A stretch of DNA of 62,029 bases, filler included, from Globobulimina sp. (Eukaryota): NCBI GenBank assembly GCA_003354225.1. It is 14 parts of 14 records of this genome, joined end to end, with 100 filler letters (N's around TTAATTAATTAA, not from the genome) between each part and the next. Parts side by side here need not be neighbours in the genome. Positions count along the whole stretch, not along the records: positions 35,528 to 39,864 come from PIVH01001338.1; positions 39,965 to 44,299 come from PIVH01001339.1; positions 44,400 to 48,733 come from PIVH01001340.1; 11 more parts are not named here. One strand, written 5' to 3'. The stretch's first letter is position 1. Every line of letters starts with the position of its first letter. The translations under genes and the position numbers were made by a program. Positions 35,922 through 46,721 of this stretch are shown here, piece after piece. The notes beneath the pieces were generated by a model. That model was not told the DNA's origin. It saw only the letters and a program-made list of their open reading frames with translations, and searched no databases.

Positions 35922-37058
35922 TTATGCCCAAATCCGTAATATGCGGTCCCAACCTCCCGTGGCGATGGCATAGCCGTTGGGCGATACTTGTAAACAGGAA
36001 GTACGCGTCGGATGTTCTAATTGGGCCTCTCTGTCCGCAGTCATCGTGTTCCACGCCAAGCAAAAGGGCTCCTCGTCGTAGCCAACCAACAAATAATAGC
36101 CGCTATTCGAGAACCCAATGCTCGTCACCGACGCCAAAATGTCATCGCCACAGTACATATTCAACTGTTTATACGCTTTCAAGTCAAACAGCCGCACCGT
36201 GGTGTCGTCCGAGCCAGAAATGAAGCGGTCGCCGTCCGGGAACCATTCCACCGAATTGATGTCAGACTCATGTCCTTTAAAATTGGCGATGGCGTTGTTG
36301 TTACTCGAGGCATGGCTCGAATTGGTGCGAATGTCCCACACTTTGGCCATGGCGTCGATGCTGCCGGAAACGAATATATTTTCATTGTTGGGGCAAATGG
36401 CCACAGACTCAACGTCGCCGTTATGGTCCACGTACGAGGACAGCGCGGTTTGTTTGTCGATGTCCCATAAGATACAGCTGGCGTCGCCCGAAGAGGTTAT
36501 GATTTGGTTATTGTCTCGGAAGCGGCAGCACGATAAATAGCCTTCGTGGCGCTGCAACTCTCGGTATGGCTGGTTCACGTCCCAACCGATGCTGTCTTTC
36601 ACGTTGAAGATCGTACATAAATTGTCCAAGCCGCCCGACGCCACATAGGTCATTTGCGGCGAATATGCGCATGTCATGACCCAGGCGCTGCGCAACGGGA
36701 TGGCTATCTTTTTGTTGGTGGTCGACGTGTTCCAAATTAATAGCTTTCCATCTTGCGAGGCCGAGACCAAGTCTTCGTTGTTTGAGGCCCAATGCAAGGC
36801 ATAGATCTTTCCAAAATGGCCGGGTAATTTGCGTCGTAATTTGAAGGCGGCCGCCGGATTCAACTCATACAAACCTTTGCCTTTCTCTTCCGCGCTTTGT
36901 TTGCGTAATATCGAGGCTTCGGTGTGTAACACACAGCTATCTTCGCCTTGCGTTTTGCGTTTGATTTCTTCTTTTAAGCGATCGATTTGTTCGCGGGCCG
37001 CGCGATATTTGTCATCGATGTCGGGCGCTGCTCCTAATAATGAGAGCATGTTGTTCAT
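35922..37058 (-). CDS. GNB: Heterotrimeric G-protein beta subunit
   Basis: N-terminal coiled coil, then GHFGKIYALHWA, LVSASQDGKLLIWN, IPLRSAWVMTCAYSP, HEGYLSCCRF, TSSGD, GHESDIN, ATGGWD..LRIWA. Confidence 0.97.
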   Translation of the reverse strand: MNNMLSLLGAAPDIDDKYRAAREQIDRLKEEIKRKTQGEDSCVLHTEASILRKQSAEEKGKGLYELNPAAAFKLRRKLPGHFGKIYALHWASNNEDLVSASQDGKLLIWNTSTTNKKIAIPLRSAWVMTCAYSPQMTYVASGGLDNLCTIFNVKDSIGWDVNQPYRELQRHEGYLSCCRFRDNNQIITSSGDASCILWDIDKQTALSSYVDHNGDVESVAICPNNENIFVSGSIDAMAKVWDIRTNSSHASSNNNAIANFKGHESDINSVEWFPDGDRFISGSDDTTVRLFDLKAYKQLNMYCGDDILASVTSIGFSNSGYYLLVGYDEEPFCLAWNTMTADREAQLEHPTRTSCLQVSPNGYAIATGGWDRILRIWA

Positions 37059-37286
37059 GATTGTATTATTGCTACTTATTGCAGGCAGGGATGCTTAATT
37101 ACTAAAAACTTACGCTAAAAAACTTCAAAAACACCATGTAAAATGTTGTGCGACGAGAGTATCGTCAATGTTTCTATAGTGTGCGAGGATAATTAACGTT
37201 TAACTTAATTAGATACCAGTAATGTATTACAGTATTAATTATTACAAAAAAAAAATAAAAGTTGGATAAAATTTTAACATTATAAT

Positions 37287-38164
37287 TTATTTATTACTTT
37301 CAGTTTGAGTGACAATTGGCTGTCCCATATCACCTCCGCCCTTATTGCATAATCCCAAAAGAAAATCCATTGACGTCGCACATCCAGCAACAACTAATGA
37401 TGGTAGTGCGAGCCACATCGATTTCTGTGGGATATTATTACTAAAATCACCTAAACCACCCTGCTTATTTACAGTTAATCCCATAATCACGTATCCAGCC
37501 ACACAATATAAAAACGTGGCGCTCAATAATATAATGACAAAGATCCAGCCACCACTCAAACCATCAGAATCGCCAGGATCACAAGGATAATGCCCATTGA
37601 TGCAGGCATATTGGGTCCGGATCTTTACGCTATAAAAGCAGTCTGGACTTTCAATCACATTGCTAGCTGAATAAATTACACCGGGCGCACACACAAAGGT
37701 GGGCCTCCATGTTCGTGGCACAGGCCCACAGTCAAAAGCACCATTATCATATACAAATGTCCACGAACCGCCTTCGCCATCCCCATTTTGAAATGTTGGT
37801 ACTTTGGAAATATCCCATGTCCCTAAATTATAACATAAATCCGAACCTGGTAAAGTCTGTGCTACCATTATACTTTCACTATTACATGATTCACCTAAAC
37901 ACATATATTGGTTATATAATATATAAATATATTTTTACGCATGATATAAAGATAATATTGCATACGGTTTCCACACACAGACCAAAGATAATGATGCTGT
38001 ACAACATCTTCATCCACTGCGTCAATTTGGTGACCCGATAAACAAGTTAAGTCCAATGTTACTTGTTCATTGTTGGCAGGATCAGTGGCGGTCCATATAC
38101 ATTGACTATATGTTGCTACAAATAGATATCCCAAAGTTAACGAAAGTTTACCGATTCGTTCCAT
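37287..38164 (-). CDS. M6P-receptor-homology (MRH) / ATG27-like type I membrane protein, copy 1
   Basis: Signal peptide, Cys-patterned MRH domain (FVC..E..DCFY..TQYAC), TM GLSGGWIFVIIL, tail IPQKSMW..LP.LVVAGC. Intron 37965-37895 restores the frame. Confidence 0.85.
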
Positions 38165-38312
38165 GGTCTAAAAAGGTGTTTCACTTACAACCAGACTGAC
38201 ATTTATGTCGCAAAAATGCGAATACATAATTACTAATATAATAGAAAAATATTTAAAAAAGTACATTGTAAACATCATAAATTATGTCATTATATATAAG
38301 CAAGTGTGTAAT

Positions 38313-39421
38313 TTACTCTCTTACCATTGGTTGAAGGGCATCACTATCACCATCTTTCTTGATTAATCCCATAATGGTCTCCTTTGTAACCATACATCCG
38401 GCAATCACAAGTTTTGGGCATTGGAGCCACATCGTTTTCTGTGGAATATTATTACTGACATCTCCTAAACCACCTTCTTTATTTACCGTTAAACCCATAA
38501 TAAGATATCCAAATAAACAATATCCAAAAAATGCGCTAAATAATATAATAATAAATATCCAACCACCGGATAAATCGCCTGATTCTGAACCACCGCCTCC
38601 TCCTCCACCACCGGAGCATTGTGTATTGCCCGTACAGGCATACTTAGTATGAATGGTTACGGTATAAAAGCAACTGTTCGGTATCTCGTTTACTTGATCG
38701 ACAGCCCATTCTGCCGAATCACATTGAAACGTGGGAGCCCATGTTCGTGCCGGGTTGCCACAATCATTTGCACCATTCGCATAGGTAAATACCCATCGAC
38801 CACCATTGTCTGCTTCATATACTGGTGCAATAGATTCATCCCATGTACCCTTTGATAGTATAAATTAATATAATATATAAATATAAATTAATTAGACCCA
38901 CATATCACATACCAAATTATAACATAAATCTGGATCATATGTCCCTGTTTGCTGTATTGATGAGGATTTAATTAAAATTAAATGTGATAATATTATTATT
39001 GATGAGGATTTAAATGTACTTTAGAAACTATGAGGATTTAAATGTAGTGCAAGGAGAATGTATACAATTTCAAAAGAAAAGTGTTTCAAACAGGTCCTAT
39101 TCTAAAGTACATTGTCAATTGCAACTAAACTTTGGCCATTACTGGATTTCCATTACATGTTTCGCCTGTTTTTTTTTGTTTATTTTGTTTTTATGATGGA
39201 AATTTATACAGACACATAGGTGTTGCTAGCTTACCATTATTACATAGGGAGAAAAGATAAGTATGAGATCCATCATAATCGGTGGGGGTAAATTCTCTGC
39301 CTCTGGCGCATGTCAAATCAAATGTTTCTTCACCACTCGGAGTGTTTACGGTCCATTTACATTGACTATTTACAATACCATGCAAAGAATAAATAGCAAA
39401 TAATAAGCTTTTGGTTGACAT
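38313..39421 (-). CDS. MRH / ATG27-like protein, copy 2 (4 exons)
   Basis: Exons 39421-39235, 39165-39131, 38951-38913 and 38849-38313 splice (all GT-AG) into a continuous ORF co-linear with copy 1. Confidence 0.85.
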
Positions 39422-39501
39422 GGTTTTTTTTTTTAGTTAAAGTATCCTGTGCAAGGACGACGGGCTTAAACGCTTATTCAACAGAAATGTCAACTTTTAC
39501 A

Positions 39502-39864
39502 TTAATCAATAAAACTTTCTTCTTTGTCACCAGTATCACGAACTTTATCTGCTTTGCACAATCCACACAGAAAATCCTTTGAAAATATACATCCAGCCAA
39601 TAAAAACGATGGGAAGTTCATCCAAAACGCTTTCTGTGGGATATTATTGCGAAAATCAGTGATTCCTCCTTCCTTATTAACACATAATCCCATTATCAAA
39701 TATCCACTCAAAAAGTACAGAAACAATAAAGCAAGTAAACCAAACAAAAATAGCCATCCATTCACTGAATTTGATTCATTACTCGGTGTACAATGCAACA
39801 CCTCATCAGAACATGAATATTTTGTAAGAATAGTAATCTGATAATAACAACTATTTACCTCTTC
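39502..39864 (-). CDS. MRH / ATG27-like protein, copy 3 (5' truncated)
   Basis: EEVNSCYYQITILTKYSC..GWLFLFGL..NNIPQKAFW..LLAGC. Open to the contig end. Confidence 0.8.
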   Translation of the reverse strand, partial: EEVNSCYYQITILTKYSCSDEVLHCTPSNESNSVNGWLFLFGLLALLFLYFLSGYLIMGLCVNKEGGITDFRNNIPQKAFWMNFPSFLLAGCIFSKDFLCGLCKADKVRDTGDKEESFID

Positions 39865-39964
39865 NNNNNNNNNNNNNNNNNNNNNNNNNNNNNNNNNNNN
39901 NNNNNNNNTTAATTAATTAANNNNNNNNNNNNNNNNNNNNNNNNNNNNNNNNNNNNNNNNNNNN

Positions 39965-40592
39965 TGTATTTGGAACATGTTTTTTGGTGTTTATTTTGTT
40001 TGAAAGCCATTCCAAGCCTTCATACAAGCCGTCGCCAGACATAGCGCAGGTTTCCTGTATCATCCATGTGCGATTACTCAAACTCTCCAAATCCAGACGT
40101 TTTATGATTTCATTCACATTAATGGCATTGGGCAGATCCTGCTTATTTGCTAAGATCAACAAAGTTGCATCTTTTAACTGCTTATTTTCCAACATTTTAT
40201 GCAGTTCATCCTTTGCATTATCATTTGATATTTGGTCAATACGCTGAGGTTCGTTGCTATCAATGACAAAAATGATTGCATCCGTATCCTGATAGTAATA
40301 CGTCCACATTTTGCGTATTTTTTGCCTATAAAATCATGGTCAAAGCACAAAGTATGTATAATTCTGTAGATAAAATTAACTGTCCGCCCAGGTCCCAAAC
40401 GTGAAATTTAATATCTTTATAATGAATTGTTTCTATATTTAACCCAACCGTAGGTATAGTGCTCACTATTTCCGACAATGCGAGTTTAAATAAGATCGTC
40501 GTCTTTCCAGCATTATCCAAACCCACCATCAACACCCTTTTGATGGTTTTAGGTTTCATTTTTTGCATTGTTCTGCCGATGCAAGCGCCCAT
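39965..40592 (-). CDS. ARF/ARL small GTPase (2 exons; stop cut off by contig end)
   Basis: MG start, [27 protein letters not shown]. 55-nt intron 40380-40326. Confidence 0.93.
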
Positions 40593-40692
40593 GCTTAGTT
40601 TGAAGTAAGTTACTGAAAAACTACAACAATATCACACCTAAATTCCAAACTAAGCATCCTCGCGTTACTTCCAGCATAGTATTATATACAGC

Positions 40693-41127
40693 ATGTATTT
40701 ATTAAGTGCACTATTTTTTGCGATTGGTGTGGTATATGGCCAAGAAAGACCATGTGCGGGTTCTGCTGGCCCTGGCTGTGCGTTTCCGTTTAGTATCAAT
40801 ATTCTTGATGAAGGCGTTTGTTCTGAAGGAAATGTGCCTGGTTGTTATACAATAATAGCGTGTAACACTGTGGGTAATGTCGTAGAATCTGTGGAGATGA
40901 CCATTTATCATGACATTACGTGCGATAATGTATTATTTCCCACACAAACAATATATCCGGATGTGTGTACTCCAAATTTCGATTCGTGTATTTTATCCGG
41001 GACCGAAGGTCAAATGACGCAGCAACAAATGCAAGCGTGTTGTTTTGGGCCTGCTGGCGATGCGGTAATTGATGATTTTGAAGAATATTTATTTGGAGGA
41101 AAAAAGGGAAATGAAATTGTATTGTAA
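40693..41127 (+). CDS. Small secreted cysteine-rich protein
   Basis: Signal peptide MYLLSALFFAIGVVYG and 10 Cys in the mature region. Confidence 0.7.
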   Translation: MYLLSALFFAIGVVYGQERPCAGSAGPGCAFPFSINILDEGVCSEGNVPGCYTIIACNTVGNVVESVEMTIYHDITCDNVLFPTQTIYPDVCTPNFDSCILSGTEGQMTQQQMQACCFGPAGDAVIDDFEEYLFGGKKGNEIVL

Positions 41128-41351
41128 ATAAAACATAAATAATACACCTTTTTTTGTTTTTTAAAGCATATTTTGTTTTGATTTATGACCAAGTATTAAA
41201 TAATTAAATTATACTATATTTGAGTATTTGACGTAATTCAATATCCTTGCACAGAGAGGAAAAAACACTTAAACAGCACGTGTCTGCACACACAATTAAA
41301 TTATACATAAAGGGTACTGGCAAAAACTTTCAACAATACTCTAGAAATCAA

Positions 41352-41432
41352 ATGTCACAATACTCTACTTGGAAATGTACATTATGCAGTTATCCCAATC
41401 CTTCGCACATGCCTTCATGTCAAATGTGTGAA
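41352..41432 (+). pseudogene. RanBP2/NZF-type zinc finger gene start, interrupted by a LINE 3' end
   Basis: MSQYSTWKCTLCSYPNPSHMPSCQMCE (W-x-C-x2-C-x3-N-x6-C-x2-C), followed directly by T10. Confidence 0.65.
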
Positions 41433-44299
41433 TTTTTTTTTTCTTCAAAACTTTAAGAAATCAATTAAAGATTTCACCCATACACAAGAAAGGAACACTA
41501 TTTAAATAGTACACACAAACGAGGATACAAGTCCTTTTATTTGGGGATGAGACCAATGAACAAAGGTAAAATATAATATATTTTAAGAAACATGTACAAA
41601 ACGTACATTAGTTTCCTTGATCTGATATAACTGGGCACAGATTCATTAGGTCCACTTGGTATAGGTAGTTAAATCTTTTCGTTTCTTTGACGTATTGAAG
41701 TACAGTTTTCCAGATTTTAATTTGAGTGTCTAGTTTCAGTTCAGCTTCAATGTCTGGAGGGCGCCGGATGTTGTATGGATAAAATAGGTTCTCTATATTT
41801 ATACCATTTCCATGTTTGAATCCTTTCCAAACTCTACACAGAGATTCACACATTCGGCGTCGTTGATTGTTATACGTAGGGCATATTAGTAAGAAATGAT
41901 GGACTGATTCGATTGAGTTAGTATTACATTGTGCACATTCTGGTGAATTAATTTGGCTTTTATCTGTATCTTTGAATTTGTGTTTAAACAGAAATGAATT
42001 AAGTTCTATGTGGCCGGAGATAAGTCTGTTTATCAATGCAGCTTCATCTCTGTTCATTGATTTTATTATTTTATTAAGTTTATTTTTTAATATTGGATTA
42101 TTTTGGTACATTGAATAACTATCCTGATTTGGCTGAGTATTTCTATTCAACCAAGATTATTTCCATTGGTGCGTTATTTGGTTATGCAGTTGTGTAATTG
42201 TCGTATTGTAAGATATTTCATTAAATAATTTAGTATCATAGTTTGTATGTTTTGATGCGAATTTTGCTAATTTATCAACTTTATCATTGAATATATTATT
42301 ATTATGTGATTTTATTTTAATAAATGTTATATGCGTATTAGGTTTCTTATTTTGTATTTGTATTAGTTTTATGAAAATGTTTTCAATTAAAAGCTTTGTT
42401 TCATGGTATTTGGGGTAATTTGTTCCAGCAATAAATTGAAGAACAGGTAAATTATCAACATATATGTGGTATGCTATTGGTATATTTATTTGGTTATTGA
42501 GTATATAATTAATGAGCATATGTACTGCTTCTATTTCAGCAGTTGTAATTGTGACAGGAATCCGGAAGTAAAATACCTTTTTGTACGGTGTTCGATGTGC
42601 TGGTTGCGAGGGAATGTAGACTGCTGCGCCACCTTTACCTGGATTCGGGTCACATGATCCATCAGTAAATGCTATGATAAGTGAGTTCATTGTCGGTGTG
42701 GATGGGTCTTCAGGCTGAATTTTTACATCGTAGTTTGTTGGGAGTTTTTTGAAATTATATGTTGGAGATGCTGTTATTTGTGATTTATGCATGTCTGCGA
42801 ATTTCGTAGTTAATGCTTTAATGGTTTCATCATTTTGGCTATGGTTTATTGCAATTATTAGTGAATTTTTTTGTAAGTTAATATATTTATTATTGTCTGT
42901 TGCATTTATTTGGCTTGAATTACGTCGTTTTCTTTGGCGTCTATATTTATGGTTATTTATGGTATTTATGTGCTTTAATAGTGATTTGTATGTTTTATTA
43001 AGAGGATGGTAGTCATCATTGTAGTATACACGTGCAAGTTGGCGGATTGTGAGGTATCTAGCTCTGCATTCAATGGGTTCAATTTTTAGGATATATTGGT
43101 GGATATCCATTGGTGAATCCAACCGGCACGGTATCGCTAATCGGAGAAATTTATTTTGCAGTATTTTGAGGATATTTGAGGAGTCATACGGGTGGTAATG
43201 GGGTAATCCATATTCCATTCTGGATCTTGCTAAAGATTTGTATAGGATTGATATGGATGATGGAGATAAATGTATTCCTGATTTCATTGTAAAAAACAGG
43301 CGCCAGAAACAACTAATCGTCTTTGATCGGACTTTGTCAATATGCGCTTTGAAATTTAATTTATCATCGAACCATAGGCCTAGGTATCGGACCACCTTTT
43401 CGTATTTTATTGGGGATGAATTTATTTGGTACTTGCTTATATTTTCGGATTTATTTGTTGTTGGATTTATTTTTATATTGTATTTAGGATAGTATTTTAT
43501 AGCATTACTGTGTGAAAAATTCATGGATGAACATTTGGTCGGAATTAACATTAATTGCCATTTATCACACCAATCACAAAAGTTATCAAGCTCTTTTTGA
43601 AGATATTTATAACGGAGGGAATCCTTTGACCCTGGACTGGTCCAAAGGGCAGTATCATCAGCAAAGCAAGCAAATTTTACAAAATTTGGATATTTTACTT
43701 TATAATCATTTGTAAATAGTATATACAAAATAGGCGACAGTGCTGAGCCTTGTGGGACTCCAATAGGTTGTGCCACCCAATTTGACTCTGCTTTTTTGGC
43801 TATAACTTTTGTGTATCTTGTTTGTATGAAAGATGCTAAGACATTTAGCATGTTACCTTTGATATTATTTTTAATCAATTTATAGAGCAGTCCATTATGC
43901 CACACACTGTCATATGCTTTTGAAAAGTCCGTGAAAACAACGTCAGTGTCACTGACCATATCAAACGAAGTTTGTATATCAGCAATGAAAGTGGTAAGGA
44001 CATCATCGCAACATCTATTTATTTGAAATCCACATTGAAAGTTGTTAAATATTTTGTTTGCCACACAAAAATGTTGGAGTCTGTTAGCTAAAACTTTTTC
44101 AAAGACTCTACCTAGGCAAGACGAGATAGCAATGGGACGGTAGTTTTTAGGATTGCTATGGTCTTTTCCTGGTTTGGGAATTGGAAGGATATGCGCGAAA
44201 TTCCAATATCCAGGGAATACTCCCATTGTCATGCATTTATTAAACAAAGGAAGGAGGCATTGGATCAATGTATCACCTCCATGCTTTAGCATTTGATTA
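41433..44299 (-). mobile_element. Non-LTR retrotransposon 3' part (RT-RNase H-CCHC) with one nonsense codon, 3' UTR and short poly(A)
   Basis: RT motifs YRPIAISS, DFSKAYD, GVPQGS, FADD, YLG. RNase H motifs TDGSC, AEIEA, VDN, KSH, NDKVDKLAK. In-frame TAA at 42159-42157 (QWK*SWL). Knuckle CAQC..ESVHHFLLIC, stop at 41608, A10 at 41442-41433. Confidence 0.92.
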
Positions 44300-44399
44300 N
44301 NNNNNNNNNNNNNNNNNNNNNNNNNNNNNNNNNNNNNNNNNNNTTAATTAATTAANNNNNNNNNNNNNNNNNNNNNNNNNNNNNNNNNNNNNNNNNNNN

Positions 44400-44663
44400 T
44401 ATCCACCCACTGCCTATTCATATGATTATAACCCACATAATACCATCAATCCATACAATACCATCAATCCGTATGCCAATCCATATGCGCAATATAATCC
44501 CAATCCAATTAATGCCACTCCTACAAATGCACAGACTGTAATTGCAAATACACAAAATAATGCCAATGCTGCCAATACGACGAATGCAAATTCCAATATC
44601 GCAAATCAACCATATGTTCCTGCCATGGCTGCCTTTGGCGCCGCGCCTTATCGATTTAACTAA
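44400..44663 (+). CDS. 3' end of a gene with Asn/Pro/Tyr low-complexity tail (not in ORF track)
   Basis: Open frame YPPTAYSYDYNPHNTINPYNTINPYANPYAQY..AAPYRFN*. Confidence 0.6.
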   Translation, partial: YPPTAYSYDYNPHNTINPYNTINPYANPYAQYNPNPINATPTNAQTVIANTQNNANAANTTNANSNIANQPYVPAMAAFGAAPYRFN

Positions 44664-44764
44664 ACTTCGATTCCATTGTTTTATTTTATTGTTTTTTTTT
44701 AATTTTGTTCAGAGTTTTTTTGAAGAAATTCTAGCCCTCAGTTCGTTTTTGTGTTGTCGTTGTG

Positions 44765-45580
44765 TCAAAAGAAACGGAAGTCAATCTGGCAAAAGCAAAT
44801 ACATAAAACAAAGGTTGTCATAAAAGTAATCGCAGTGCAGGCAATGCCGATTGATACGATTGGGATAAACCAGATAAATACGGCATTCGTAGCATCTCTA
44901 AAAGCAGTGCCTTCCTCACAAATATCATTTACGTTGATATATGCTCCAATCATCAAACGGCCATAAAATAGCCAAAGAAACATAAAAAATACTCGTATAA
45001 GAGTCACTATACTAAGGCAAAACTTATCTGTTCGTATGGCATCTTTTAGAAGATACGATACAAGGAATGTTGCAAAACACAAAGTAAACAGTAAGTCAAG
45101 TATCCCAAATACAAACATATGAAATCCATGCGTGCCAATGTCCAAATTGTTCCACACAAATGCTTCATAATTATCATTACACATATAATTTATATCAGAA
45201 ATTGAATATTTATTGAATATAGCTTCCAATTTTTTGCCTGCTAAAATGGCTGCAATCGGTGTTGCAATCATAGAAATTATAGCATAGAGCAGAGATCCAA
45301 TCACCACAGAAATGTTAATAAATTTTGCGCAACAATTATGATCACAACATAAACATAGATGTTTGTGTTCGTCCATTTTAGCAACAAGTTGCATTGATGA
45401 CTTGCTAACAGATTTTAATCGACTCAATCTTTTTGATTTCTCGTCTTTGTCCTTTTCACCACATTTTTTGGTTGGTTTGGGTGAAATTAGATCTTCATCG
45501 GTGTCATCATGGGTCATTTCTATTTGGGCAGTTTCTTTAGTAGTGGCTAAATGATGTAACTCATCCTCTGTGGCTTCCAT
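44765..45580 (-). CDS. Four-TM membrane protein, unknown function
   Basis: 271 aa. Charged N-terminus, four hydrophobic helices with Cys in loops, Cys-rich juxtamembrane segments. Confidence 0.7.
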   Translation of the reverse strand: MEATEDELHHLATTKETAQIEMTHDDTDEDLISPKPTKKCGEKDKDEKSKRLSRLKSVSKSSMQLVAKMDEHKHLCLCCDHNCCAKFINISVVIGSLLYAIISMIATPIAAILAGKKLEAIFNKYSISDINYMCNDNYEAFVWNNLDIGTHGFHMFVFGILDLLFTLCFATFLVSYLLKDAIRTDKFCLSIVTLIRVFFMFLWLFYGRLMIGAYINVNDICEEGTAFRDATNAVFIWFIPIVSIGIACTAITFMTTFVLCICFCQIDFRFF

Positions 45581-45649
45581 TGCACTGCACTCAAGTTACT
45601 CAAGTCAAGTGACAAAAAAAAACAGTTATTCCAAGGAAAATATCTATTG

Positions 45650-46600
45650 CTACAATGTTGCTTCATTTGCCTCAATCACTTTCCACAATGATATATTATT
45701 TGTGCTTTGCAATCTAAACTGTTGCGACGCTCTGTAACAATTTAACACATTCATAAATTCCGTATCCTGACTGGTTGATAATATTTTATCTAAACTAATT
45801 TTTAATTTGTCGCAATTGTCATTACATTCAATATAACCAACAGGAGTTCGTGTGATTAATTTCCAATGAAACAATCTGTTCCAATCAGCTGCATTAATAT
45901 CTATAAAATCGCTTACTAAGTTTGGTTCAAAGCGTTTATTGTTTATAACATCATCAATATCATCATTCTCATTGCCATGATAAATATAAATTGCACTCTG
46001 CAAATATACAGCCATTGCTTCTTCATTCATTGATTGCTGATCAAATTGCATTTTATCCACTGACTTAAGCTTTGTTTTCAATGTTTTAGAAGATTTTTCA
46101 GATTCCTTATTATCAATATTCAGTTTTTCCAATGCCTCTTCCAGCGCATCTTTATTTTTATAAAGCTTAGAAAGTCTATTTCTCAAAGCAGCGACATCCA
46201 TATCTTCATTATCTTGTTCATATGCATTGACATTGGCATTGTGATTGTTAATATATTCATCATTATGAGTAACATGATTTGCAATGTGCAATTTCAATGA
46301 CAAGTTGGTTACTCGGACTTGGATAGTTTGTGGTGTTATAAATCCGTCATCAAACGAGGACAGTTTGTGTTGCCTATATTTATGAAACAAGGCTATTCCG
46401 GGAAAGCTGCCTCGTTCCACAATAAAGTCAAACATTTCAGCATCAAAGTTATCAGATAATGATAATAAAGATGTGGAATGATCACATAATAATTTTATAA
46501 GTTCATAATAATAATTATGAAGTAAGTTCTCCAGCGAAGAAGCAGTAACCGGAATTCCCCACAAATATCGAGCTACCCTGATGTAATTTGTAAATAACAA
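45650..46600 (-). CDS. Hypothetical coiled-coil protein (start uncertain)
   Basis: 316-aa ORF with central heptad region. Family not recognised. Confidence 0.55.
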   Translation of the reverse strand: MLFTNYIRVARYLWGIPVTASSLENLLHNYYYELIKLLCDHSTSLLSLSDNFDAEMFDFIVERGSFPGIALFHKYRQHKLSSFDDGFITPQTIQVRVTNLSLKLHIANHVTHNDEYINNHNANVNAYEQDNEDMDVAALRNRLSKLYKNKDALEEALEKLNIDNKESEKSSKTLKTKLKSVDKMQFDQQSMNEEAMAVYLQSAIYIYHGNENDDIDDVINNKRFEPNLVSDFIDINAADWNRLFHWKLITRTPVGYIECNDNCDKLKISLDKILSTSQDTEFMNVLNCYRASQQFRLQSTNNISLWKVIEANEATL

Positions 46601-46721
46601 GGTATGTCATCATAATATAAAATTACAAGACTTGTTGCTGCACTTGAATTTTCTGGAATTTGTGGGCTACAATCCTTTGGATTGAATCATAAAACGCACG
46701 TCTGTGATATGTAAATGACCC

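Noticed and set aside
35922..37058. Raised GC of the G-beta gene as horizontal transfer
   Set aside because: It is a conserved eukaryotic gene with AT-rich flanks. Codon bias explains it, and the Hsp70 gene shows the same trend.
15429..40592. Apparent G-protein signalling cluster (Rab, 7TM-RGS, G-beta, Arf)
   Set aside because: The genes sit on different contigs ordered only by length. Only Rab and 7TM-RGS are actually linked.
42157..42159. In-frame TAA as evidence of stop-codon reassignment
   Set aside because: TAA terminates normal genes here (e.g. G-beta) and long ORFs lack internal TAA. A single nonsense mutation in a retroelement is simpler.
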